Source of the DNA: Thermoplasmata archaeon
Lineage (GTDB): Archaea > Thermoplasmatota > Thermoplasmata > Lutacidiplasmatales > UBA184
Direction of reading: 5' to 3'
Assembly (NCBI GenBank): GCA_022750115.1
Contig: JAKIWI010000001.1
Coordinates: forward strand, 222,419 to 286,418
DNA: 64,000 bases
Shown here: positions 47,619-56,112 of the stretch, piece after piece
Position numbering within the stretch: the stretch's first letter is position 1
Layout of the letters: every line of letters starts with the position of its first letter
Program-made: the position numbers and the translations under genes
The notes under the pieces: model-generated
What the model saw: the letters and a program-made list of their open reading frames with translations, nothing else
What the model was told of the DNA's origin: nothing
Databases searched by the model: none

Positions 47619-47912
47619 ATGGGCGCTCCGTCGAACATGTCGCGGGCGGGGGGCCTTCTCTCGACCGACCCCGAACGGGAGCTCGCCCGCCTCCTCCCGA
47701 AGGACCATCGCGTCCGGATGGCCGCCGCGGAGTTTCGCCTGAACCTCGAGCAGCTCGACCTCGACCTCGCGAAGTTCCGCGACGCTTGGTTCGCGGATCC
47801 GCCGCGATTCGACGAGGGCCGGGACGCGATCACGGACCTCCTCGCCTCCGCGCATCGGGTCGAACGGGTCGTCCGCGAGCTCGAGGCGATCTGCCGGCCC
47901 CTGGAACCGTAG
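47619..47912 (+). CDS. Small helical hypothetical protein
   Basis: Amphipathic helical pattern; fills the gap before fdh. Start may be ATG 47637. Confidence 0.55.
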   Translation: MGAPSNMSRAGGLLSTDPERELARLLPKDHRVRMAAAEFRLNLEQLDLDLAKFRDAWFADPPRFDEGRDAITDLLASAHRVERVVRELEAICRPLEP

Positions 47913-47987
47913 GACGGGAATCCGGGCGCCGTCGCGGCGCGGCCAACTCCCTTTTTCTGCCCGGGCGGTTGCCGGGAGCGAACCACC

Positions 47988-49046
47988 ATGAAGTTCGTCG
48001 CGATCCTGTATCCGGGCGGCGAGTCGGCGAAGTCGAACCCCGAGCTGTGGAACTGCGCCGAATTGGCGCTGGGCCTCCGCCCGATCCTCGCGTCGCGGGG
48101 GCACACGCTCGTCTCGACCTCCGAAACCGGTCCGGCGCTCGACTCGGAGCTCGTGGATGCGGACGTCGTCATCGCGACGCCGTTCTGGCCGGCCTACATC
48201 ACGAAGGAGCGGATCGAACGGGCGGCGAAGCTGAAGTTGCTCCTCACCGCGGGCGTCGGCTCCGACCACTTCGACCTCGCCGCCGCGGCGGCGCGCAACG
48301 TCACCGTGGCGGAGATCACCGGCAGCAACGTCGTCAGCGTGGCCGAGCACGTCGTGATGCAGGTCCTCGCCCTCGTCCGCAACTACATCCCGTCCTACCA
48401 GCAGGTCGTCGCGGGCGGCTGGGACATCGCCGCGCTCGCGACGCGGGCGCACGACCTCGAGGACAAGACCGTCGGGATCGTCGGAATGGGACGCATCGGC
48501 CAGCGGGTTGCGGCCCGACTCAAGCCGTTCGACGTCCGGATGTTCTACTACGACAACCGGCGTCTCACGACGGCGGAGGAGCAGGTCCTCGGCGCCCGGT
48601 ACGCCCCGCTGGACGCCCTGGTCGCGGCGTGCGATGTCATCAGCATCAACGCCCCCCTCACGCCGGGCACCGACCGACTGTTCGACCGCGAGCGACTCGC
48701 GAGGATGAAGAAGGGAGCCTACCTGGTCAATACGGCTCGCGGCCGCATCGTCGACACCGAGGCGCTAGTCGAGGTGCTGAAGAGCGGGCATCTCGCCGGA
48801 TACGCGGGCGACGTGTGGTACCCCCAGCCCGCCCCGCGCGACCACCCGTGGCGCACGATGCCGAACCACGCCATGACCCCGCACATCTCGGGCACGACGC
48901 TCGAGGCGCAGCGCCGCATCGCCGAGGGGATCCAGGACTGCGTGACGCGATTCCTCGACGGTCGGCCGCTCGAGCGGGAGTACCTGATCGTGGACGGCGG
49001 AAAGGTCGTGAGCCCGAGCTACAGCTACGCCTACTCCAAGGCCTGA
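47988..49046 (+). CDS. fdh: NAD-dependent (metal-independent) formate dehydrogenase
   Basis: ATPFWPAY, TAGVGSDH.DL, EITGSNVVSVAEH, GMGRIG, NTARG, GDVWYPQPAP.DHPWR.MP.HAMTPHISGTT. Confidence 0.92.
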   Translation: MKFVAILYPGGESAKSNPELWNCAELALGLRPILASRGHTLVSTSETGPALDSELVDADVVIATPFWPAYITKERIERAAKLKLLLTAGVGSDHFDLAAAAARNVTVAEITGSNVVSVAEHVVMQVLALVRNYIPSYQQVVAGGWDIAALATRAHDLEDKTVGIVGMGRIGQRVAARLKPFDVRMFYYDNRRLTTAEEQVLGARYAPLDALVAACDVISINAPLTPGTDRLFDRERLARMKKGAYLVNTARGRIVDTEALVEVLKSGHLAGYAGDVWYPQPAPRDHPWRTMPNHAMTPHISGTTLEAQRRIAEGIQDCVTRFLDGRPLEREYLIVDGGKVVSPSYSYAYSKA

Positions 49047-49146
49047 GGGACCAGACGAGGACCGGCGGGGCGTCCGATTCGGCGACGACTCTCTCTCCCA
49101 CGCGTCGCAATATGGGCGCAATTCTGGCCCGGGGGGCGAGATTGAA

Positions 49147-49353
49147 ATGGGGGCGATGCCTCCTGAACTCGTGACCGGTCGCCGCCTTTCTCAGGCCACG
49201 ATCGAGTGGCTCGGCCCGGTGGCGCGCCCGGGCGAATCGCCCGATGAGACGATCGTCCGCCTCGTCCACGAGGTCGAACGGGACGACACGATCCGGAGCG
49301 AGGTCGACCTCCTGGCCCGAAGGGACGCACTTCTCCACCTCGACGACCTGTAA
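49147..49353 (+). CDS. Small RHH/antitoxin-like protein
   Basis: LSQAT..WL....PGESPDETIVRLV resembles the archaeal GES..E.I.RL antitoxin-like pattern; acidic tail. Confidence 0.5.
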   Translation: MGAMPPELVTGRRLSQATIEWLGPVARPGESPDETIVRLVHEVERDDTIRSEVDLLARRDALLHLDDL

Positions 49354-49439
49354 CGCGGGACCTGCGAGGTACGACCCGCGCGCGGACCTCGGGACCATCC
49401 CGGTGGTCGAGCTCCCTCGAACCGAACGGAACGACCCCG

Positions 49440-50513
49440 CTAGGCGGGCGTGGCCTGGACATGGGCGGGGACGTCTCGTCTCGGCGCGTCGTACCGTCGC
49501 CAGAGGAACAGGAAGAACCAGATCGCCAGCACATCCCCGACGAGGACCACCGGAACGCCGAGGCCGACGACGGCGCCGGCGAACATGATCGGCGCCACGA
49601 GCCCCATCGTCAAGGCGAGGAGACAACGCTCGTTGGCCACGCGGCCGATCCCGGCACTGACCACGAGTAGGAACGCGAGGAGCGCGCCCAGCAACGCGAG
49701 CACGGTCACCGCGGGCGGCATGCCCGCGACACCGAACAGGGCATCGATCAGGAGCAACCCGGGCCAGAACGCCGTGCCGAGGATCGCGAACACCCAGGGT
49801 GGTCGAGTCGGGCCAGCATGCCAGGGGCGAACCAGGTCGCGAGGGACCGTCCGAGCGGCCCAGACGAGCGCAGCGATCGCGATCAAGCTCCCGAGGACGA
49901 TCGGGACGCCCGCAAAGAAGTGGAACAACCCCCACGTGACGAGCAAGAGGGAGCTGGTCGTGAGGGCGAGGACGCCCAGTGCCGCCGCGATTCCCCGGCG
50001 GGCCAGGAACGGCACTCCCCGCGACGTCGGGAGAGCGAGGTCGAGAAGGAGGATCGGGAGCCCGATGGAGAACACCACGTGCACCGCAACGACCCCGACG
50101 AGCCAAACCCAACTGACTCCAAGGAAGTGACCATAGAACCCGAGCGCGCCGACGACGCTCGCCTGGGGATTGAACAGGGTCGACAGCGCCAGTCCCTCTT
50201 CGACGATGGCGTAGGCGCAGCCGAGGAGGATCACGGTCGTCCAGCCTCCGCGCCAGCGGATCCGCGCTTCCCGGATCAGGAGGACGCCCGGAACGTACAG
50301 TCCGAGATTGAAGCACAGCAGGAGGGCGAAGAGCGGTGGCGCGACGACGATCCCGCCCAGTTTGCTCGAGCCGCTCAGGTACTCGACAATGCCGGGGCTC
50401 AGGAGCGCGACGAGGAGGATTGGGTGCCGCCCGACCCAGGCTCGGAATCGGGCTCCCCGGGGTCCGACCGAGGACGATGACGGAGGAACGGGTGGGAGTT
50501 CTGGGGCACTCAT
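49440..50513 (-). CDS. Multi-pass hypothetical membrane protein
   Basis: About 9-10 hydrophobic segments with LSPGIVEYLSGS and YAIVEEGL motifs. Confidence 0.8.
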   Translation of the reverse strand: MSAPELPPVPPSSSSVGPRGARFRAWVGRHPILLVALLSPGIVEYLSGSSKLGGIVVAPPLFALLLCFNLGLYVPGVLLIREARIRWRGGWTTVILLGCAYAIVEEGLALSTLFNPQASVVGALGFYGHFLGVSWVWLVGVVAVHVVFSIGLPILLLDLALPTSRGVPFLARRGIAAALGVLALTTSSLLLVTWGLFHFFAGVPIVLGSLIAIAALVWAARTVPRDLVRPWHAGPTRPPWVFAILGTAFWPGLLLIDALFGVAGMPPAVTVLALLGALLAFLLVVSAGIGRVANERCLLALTMGLVAPIMFAGAVVGLGVPVVLVGDVLAIWFFLFLWRRYDAPRRDVPAHVQATPA

Positions 50514-50671
50514 CGCCCCGGAATTCTGCGAATCGTCCTACTTGAAACCCAAAGAATCAATTCGACGGAGCCCGACGACGGGGCGGGTCGGGACTGGGAA
50601 CCCACCGGCGGACCGGCCGACCCCCTCCGGGGCTGGTCCGGTCCGCCAAGGGGCGGTCGACGATGGCGGAC

Positions 50672-51124
50672 CTAGCGGCGGACGATGATCTCGACGGAGG
50701 TGTTCTTCCAGGCGGACTTGTCGGTCCACGGGTCCCCGCGATACACCTCGCGCGACGATCCGACGGACTTGACTTCCTTGTCCTTCTTGCGCCACCGGAG
50801 CCAGTCGCTCAGACCGTGGTAGACGATGCGCGGCGATACCAGGTCGGGGTCGAACGTTACGCGCGCGACGGCGGTCGCGGGGAGGGTCCTCCACCGGATG
50901 CCGCCCGTCGACCTCGCGTTCCCCTTCGCCTCGAGTCCGACCTCGAGGGTCTCGTCCGGGCGCCATCGGAAGATGACCTTCCCGGTCTTCAGCTTGTTCT
51001 CGCTCGCCCAGGTCCGAAGCTTCTGCAGCTCGGCCCGGCCGATGTTCTCGCTCCACTTTCCCTTCGCGACGAGCGTGGCGATCCGGTAACTCGGCGCCTT
51101 CCCTAGCTCAAAGTCTACGGCCAT
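50672..51124 (-). CDS. GyrI-like small-molecule binding protein
   Basis: L..WA.EN.L...G, TLPAT.VA, Y..L.DWL, SREVY..DP. AGGTGA SD before ATG 51124. Confidence 0.75.
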   Translation of the reverse strand: MAVDFELGKAPSYRIATLVAKGKWSENIGRAELQKLRTWASENKLKTGKVIFRWRPDETLEVGLEAKGNARSTGGIRWRTLPATAVARVTFDPDLVSPRIVYHGLSDWLRWRKKDKEVKSVGSSREVYRGDPWTDKSAWKNTSVEIIVRR

Positions 51125-51151
51125 CGTTTTCACCTGTGATCCTTCGGAGGT

Positions 51152-51619
51152 TTACGCGTGCACCGCGCGGTACTCGGAGTCGAGGTCGGCCTTCAGCCGG
51201 TCGAACGAGGTCCGCATGTCGCGGCGCATCTTGCCCGACCCCATCATGAACATCAAACGGGCCACGAACCCGTCCGGGTGCAGATAGAACTCGGCGTGGT
51301 GCGTCGTGCCCGCACCGTCGGCGCGGAGGGTCTCGACGATCTTCGTGTGGGCGACCTGACGGCCGGAGTTGGAGAAGAAGCCGCCCTCCGCCCACCAATG
51401 GTCCGGAGGGGCGAGGGTGACGGTCATCTTCGTCGTGCCCTGGCGCATGGCGCCCTCGAGCTGAACGGTCGTCCCGTTGCGCGTGACCTTGCCGGGGTTC
51501 GTCATCCCGAAGTAGCGCGTGCCGTCGTCGTCGTGAAAATCGGTGAGCCAACTGTACGCGAATTCGGGGGGCGCGTCGTAGTGATTGTCGAGGGTGAGCC
51601 CTGGCTTCTCATCGGTCAT
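51152..51619 (-). CDS. SRPBCC/START-like ligand-binding protein
   Basis: YDAPPEFAYSWLTDF N-terminus, beta-rich core, long C-terminal helix. Confidence 0.65.
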   Translation of the reverse strand: MTDEKPGLTLDNHYDAPPEFAYSWLTDFHDDDGTRYFGMTNPGKVTRNGTTVQLEGAMRQGTTKMTVTLAPPDHWWAEGGFFSNSGRQVAHTKIVETLRADGAGTTHHAEFYLHPDGFVARLMFMMGSGKMRRDMRTSFDRLKADLDSEYRAVHA

Positions 51620-51639
51620 CGACGTTCGACCCCCGCCTG

Positions 51640-52257
51640 CTACTTGAAAGGTTCCCCTCCGCTCGATGGTGGAGCCCCTCTGGCGCCGATTCCCCCCGGG
51701 GCCGGCCCTTTTGGCTCGTGCGTGAACCCTTGGTACGTCCCCGCCTTCTCCTCCTCGGAGCGGTGGGCCATGTGGAGGCGCGCTTCCACCGCGAGCCACT
51801 CGAAGTTGCGGTAGGTCTTGACGTCGAGGTCGTACCTCGACGCGATGAAGGCGGCGTGCGGCTCGAACACCTGCCAATCCCGCACGACGATGAACTGCAG
51901 GGAGTCGAGGACCGTCTCGAGGTCGACGATCTCCGAGCGGGCCATCTGGCCCAGCAGCTCGTAGAAGTAGGCGAAATTGCGGACCTCGAAGTCCTCCGGC
52001 GTCTCGAAGACGTCTTTCCAGCCCGTCTCCCGGAACTTCTGCAACAGCACGAACATCCGGGCCCGCCGCCGCGGGAACGACTCGTCCGTGATCCGCTCGA
52101 GGAACGTGAGGGAGAACGTCGCCTGCTGCTGGCGGAGCGTGGCGCGCAGCAGTCGCCCGTTCTGGCGGAGCTGGATGAGCACGAAGATCGCGCTCATCAC
52201 GACGGCGCCGGAGCTCGCCGCCCCCAGGATGGTATAGATCGTCGTCAGGTCGGCCAT
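51640..52257 (-). CDS. DUF4760-like protein with an N-terminal TM helix
   Basis: TM followed by QLRQN, NFAYFYELLG, and YRNFEWLA. Confidence 0.65.
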   Translation of the reverse strand: MADLTTIYTILGAASSGAVVMSAIFVLIQLRQNGRLLRATLRQQQATFSLTFLERITDESFPRRRARMFVLLQKFRETGWKDVFETPEDFEVRNFAYFYELLGQMARSEIVDLETVLDSLQFIVVRDWQVFEPHAAFIASRYDLDVKTYRNFEWLAVEARLHMAHRSEEEKAGTYQGFTHEPKGPAPGGIGARGAPPSSGGEPFK

Positions 52258-52385
52258 CGGGTCGGGCGGGGCACCGAGCCCCGGGTCATGAACGTGACCG
52301 TTCTCAGGACGGCCGGCGCGGCTCCGCAGGGAGCGGCCTCGCCACCCTGGGTCGGACTCATGTAGCGACCCCGACTCGGTTCCCC

Positions 52386-53480
52386 ATGTCGCGCCTCGAA
52401 ACCCAGCTCGCCCGGACGATCTTGGCCCGGAACCTGAAGGTCCGGCCCGGCGAATCCGTCGTCATCGAGAGCTGGTCGCACTCCCTGCCGTACGTCGGCG
52501 CCTTCGTCGAGGAGACGCGGCGGCTCGGCGCGGACGCGATGGTCCTCTACGAAGACGAGCGCGCCTGGTGGTCGGGGATCGACTCTCGGAAGACGAAGCC
52601 GTTGGGACGCATGTCGCGCTCGGAGCGGGCCGCGCTCGCCGCTGCGAACGTCTACATCTACTTCTGGGGTCCCGAGGACCGCCCTCGGGCCGACGCGCTC
52701 CCCGAACGCGTCGGGGGGTCCGCCATGGCGTTCAACGAGGAGTGGTACCGCATTGGTCGCAAGGGGAAGCTTCGAGGCTGCCGGATGTCGGTCGCCTACG
52801 CCACGGACCCCCTGGCAACGAAGATCGGCGTCGACGGAACTCGGTGGAGGCGTCAGATCGCCACTGCCGGACTTGCCGACTCGGGACGGATGTACGCCAC
52901 TGGTCGGGAGATTGCCCGTCGACTTCAATCGGGCAAAGAGCTCCGGATCCATCACAAGAACGGCACGGACCTGACGCTCGGCCTCGCGGGCTACCAGCCC
53001 CGCGTCGAATCTGGGCTCATAGACAAGGACGCGATGGCCCGGCCGTACGGATTCCTCGCAAACTCTCCAGCGGGCACGGTCATCGTCGGTCTCGACGAAC
53101 GCCGCGGTGACGGTACCGTGGTCGCCAACACTCCCTACATCATGCCGACCCAGAAGGTCGGCACCGGACGCTGGGAGCTCTCGGGCGGACGGCTCGTCTC
53201 GTTCTCGTTCGACGACGACGGCACCGAGGTGGAGTCAGGCTACCGCGCCGCGGGCTCCGGGAAGGACCGACCGGCGCTCCTCAGCATCGGACTGAACCCG
53301 AAGGCCCGCGGCGTCCCGCAGTACGAAGAGATCGAGTCCGGCACGGTGCTCCTCGGAACCGGCGGCAACGCCTTTCTAGGCGGAAAGACGGCCCTCCCCT
53401 ACCAGCTCTACTCCATGCTCCGGGGCGCCGACGTCGAGGTCGACGGAACCCCGATCGTGCACGGCGGTCGGGTCGGCTAG
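52386..53480 (+). CDS. Peptidase M29 (thermophilic aminopeptidase) homologue, apparently lacking metal ligands
   Basis: LKVRPGESVVI, NGTDLTL, NSPAG, IGLNP, G.N.FLGG, VEVDG...V.GG. Confidence 0.75.
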   Translation: MSRLETQLARTILARNLKVRPGESVVIESWSHSLPYVGAFVEETRRLGADAMVLYEDERAWWSGIDSRKTKPLGRMSRSERAALAAANVYIYFWGPEDRPRADALPERVGGSAMAFNEEWYRIGRKGKLRGCRMSVAYATDPLATKIGVDGTRWRRQIATAGLADSGRMYATGREIARRLQSGKELRIHHKNGTDLTLGLAGYQPRVESGLIDKDAMARPYGFLANSPAGTVIVGLDERRGDGTVVANTPYIMPTQKVGTGRWELSGGRLVSFSFDDDGTEVESGYRAAGSGKDRPALLSIGLNPKARGVPQYEEIESGTVLLGTGGNAFLGGKTALPYQLYSMLRGADVEVDGTPIVHGGRVG

Positions 53481-53608
53481 GGCCGCCCCGCTCGGGAGCC
53501 GAGGGCGACGCCCTCCGAGGCCCCGCGACGCGGGGCGATGGGATATGAGCAGGAACGAGTCCTAGGTCTCGACAATCGGGGTTCGTGGCCCGTCCCCCCG
53601 TGCGATCG

Positions 53609-54412
53609 ATGTCGGAATCTCTCCCGCACTCGGCGAACCCCGGGGCGCCGACGCTGAGCCTCGAACAGGTCTCGAAGCGGTACGCCAACGTCGAAGCGCT
53701 GCGAAATGTCGACCTCGCGGTCGGAGCGGGCGAGGTCGTCGGACTCCTCGGGCCGAACGGCGCGGGAAAGTCGACCGCGATGAAGATCTCGATCGGCCTG
53801 GTCCGGCCCGATTCGGGGCGGGTCCGAGTCCTTGGGGAGGAGATCGGTCCCGACGCTCTCGCCCTGAAGCGCCAGCTCGGGTATGTTCCCGAGAACCCGT
53901 CGCTCTACGAGTTCCTCACCGGCGCGGAGTACCTCGACTTCGTGGCGGACATGTACGAGCTTCCGGCCGCCGGACGCGCCGAGCGAGTCGGCTCCTACCT
54001 TACGGCGCTCGAGCTCACGGGCCACGAAAACGCGATGATCAGCGGCTACTCGCAGGGCATGAAGCAGAAGGTGGCGCTGATCGCGGCGCTGCTCCACCGC
54101 CCCCGGCTCCTCGTCCTCGACGAGCCGCTCAATGGTCTCGACCCGCGATCGGCGCGCATCGTGAAAGAGCTCCTGACGAGCCTCGCGCACCGCGACGGTG
54201 TGGGGATCGTCTTCAGCACCCACGTCCTCGAGATCGCGCAGGCGATCTGCGACCGGCTCGTCATCGTGCACCATGGCGCGGTCCTCGCCACGGGCACGGT
54301 GGACAGCCTGCGCCATCTGGCGGGCCTCGAAGGGTCGGGACTCGAGGAGGTGTTCCTGGCGCTGACGGGCACGCAGGGCATCGGCGATATTGTGACGGCA
54401 CTCAGCCGCTAG
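53609..54412 (+). CDS. ABC transporter ATP-binding protein
   Basis: GPNGAGKST, YSQGMKQK, LVLDEP, STH. Confidence 0.95.
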   Translation: MSESLPHSANPGAPTLSLEQVSKRYANVEALRNVDLAVGAGEVVGLLGPNGAGKSTAMKISIGLVRPDSGRVRVLGEEIGPDALALKRQLGYVPENPSLYEFLTGAEYLDFVADMYELPAAGRAERVGSYLTALELTGHENAMISGYSQGMKQKVALIAALLHRPRLLVLDEPLNGLDPRSARIVKELLTSLAHRDGVGIVFSTHVLEIAQAICDRLVIVHHGAVLATGTVDSLRHLAGLEGSGLEEVFLALTGTQGIGDIVTALSR

Positions 54413-54423
54413 GGCGGTCCCGG

Positions 54424-56040
54424 ATGAACCTTCGGAAGGTCCTCCGGCTCGCCGAGGTCCTGCTCGCCTCCCAGCTCCGCGCCGGCCGCGCGGCCTCGAA
54501 CCCGCGCAGCTTCTTCGGCCGACCGGTCGTGATCGCCGCGGCCGATGCCGCAGCGTTCGCCGTCGTCTTCCTCCTGAGCTCGCTCGCCGCAGTGGCGTTC
54601 GAGAGTACAGGTCCCGGTGCTCTCAGCGCCCTCCTCGCCGCGGTGCTGCCGTTCGTCCCATTGCTGAGCGTCGGCGCCGTCCTGGTGGGCGGACTCATGT
54701 TCGAGCTCGCCTCCACGGCGAAGTTCGCGGCGAGCGACGCCGCGAACTGGCTCCCGCTCACCAGCGCGGAGTACGTTGTGGCGTCGGCGCTGTCGCTGAC
54801 GGCCCTCTACTCGCTGTCCATCGCCGTTCTGGGGGGTGTCGCGCTCGGACTCGGCCTCGTGGGCCACGCACTCCCGGCGGCCGCCTTTGCGGTCGCGTTG
54901 GGCGCGGTCGGACTGCTCGAGGGCTCGCTGCTCATCGAGATCCTGCGCGCCGTCACCCAGCGGGCGGGCTCCCTCGGTCGCCGGCGCGGGTCGACGGCTC
55001 TCGTGGTCCGGGCGGTCGCCTTCCTCCTCGTGGTCGTGGCGTTCGAGCTCTTGTTCAATCCCGTGATCCTACTCGCGGCCGTCGCCGCGTTCTCCGGTCT
55101 AGGTCCGGTCGGTCTCGCGATTCCGTTCCTGTGGTCCGCGGACGCGGTCAGCGCCCTCCTCGCTGGCAACGGCCTGGGAGCCGGCGTTGCCGTGCTCGGG
55201 CAGGCGGCTCTGCTCGCGGTCATCGGCTACGCCGCGGCCCGCGCCCGCGCGCGGTTCTGGGTCCCCTCCGGCGGCGAGATCGAGTTCGAGCCCCACCGGT
55301 ACGGCTCCGCTCCCTCGGCCCTCGGCGCCCTCGGATTCAGCCGGCCCGAGCTGGCCCTCGCGGCGAAGGACCTGCGGAGTCTCCTCCGACGACGCGAGCT
55401 ACTCCCTCTCCTGCTACTGCCCCTGATCGTCTCGATTGTGCTCCTCGTCGAGCGGGGGGCCGGCGCGACGCCCTCCGGGGACTCGCTCACGCTCGGGTTG
55501 ATGGCGTGGTTCGGGGGCTTGTCGGCGCTGCTCCTCTCCGCGTCGTCGTTCGGCCAGGAGCGAAAAGCTGTCGCCCACCTCTACTTCCTCCCCATCCGCC
55601 CCCGCGCGGTGCTGCGAGCGAAGGCGAGCGTGAGCCTGCTGGTTTCGTTCGCCATCACGACGGGAATCCTCGCGGTCGCCTGCGTCGTGCTCCGACCGCC
55701 CGTCCTTACCTTGCCCGGTCTCGCCCTGACCGCCGCCCTGGCGATCGCCGAAGGGACGGTCATCGGGCTGCTCGCGGCGACGCGCTACTCCGACTTCCAG
55801 GACCGGCCGCGTCCCCAGTTCGTCCGCCCGCTTCCGATGCTCGCTACGGTCGGGCTCTACGCCGTGTTGGGCGGTGTCACCGTGACCCTCGCGCGGAGCC
55901 TGAGTTTCGGCGCCCTGTCCCCCCTGCTCCCTCTCCCGGTGGCGATCGGGGCGGTCGGAGTCCTCGTCGCGGTGTTGGCGGGACTCGCGGTCCTCGTCGA
56001 CGGTGGCGCCCGTCGGCTGTTGCGCGAGCTTCCGACCTGA
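54424..56040 (+). CDS. ABC-2 type exporter permease (duplicated, about 12-14 TM)
   Basis: Highly hydrophobic with an internal duplication (WLPLT / FLPIR), directly after the ABC ATPase gene. Confidence 0.8.
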   Translation: MNLRKVLRLAEVLLASQLRAGRAASNPRSFFGRPVVIAAADAAAFAVVFLLSSLAAVAFESTGPGALSALLAAVLPFVPLLSVGAVLVGGLMFELASTAKFAASDAANWLPLTSAEYVVASALSLTALYSLSIAVLGGVALGLGLVGHALPAAAFAVALGAVGLLEGSLLIEILRAVTQRAGSLGRRRGSTALVVRAVAFLLVVVAFELLFNPVILLAAVAAFSGLGPVGLAIPFLWSADAVSALLAGNGLGAGVAVLGQAALLAVIGYAAARARARFWVPSGGEIEFEPHRYGSAPSALGALGFSRPELALAAKDLRSLLRRRELLPLLLLPLIVSIVLLVERGAGATPSGDSLTLGLMAWFGGLSALLLSASSFGQERKAVAHLYFLPIRPRAVLRAKASVSLLVSFAITTGILAVACVVLRPPVLTLPGLALTAALAIAEGTVIGLLAATRYSDFQDRPRPQFVRPLPMLATVGLYAVLGGVTVTLARSLSFGALSPLLPLPVAIGAVGVLVAVLAGLAVLVDGGARRLLRELPT

Positions 56041-56112
56041 ACGGCTCGGTGGGCGAGCCGGTGGACGGCTCGTCCGGGGGTAGAATGGGTTGGCGTGGCG
56101 ACGCCGCCCCGC

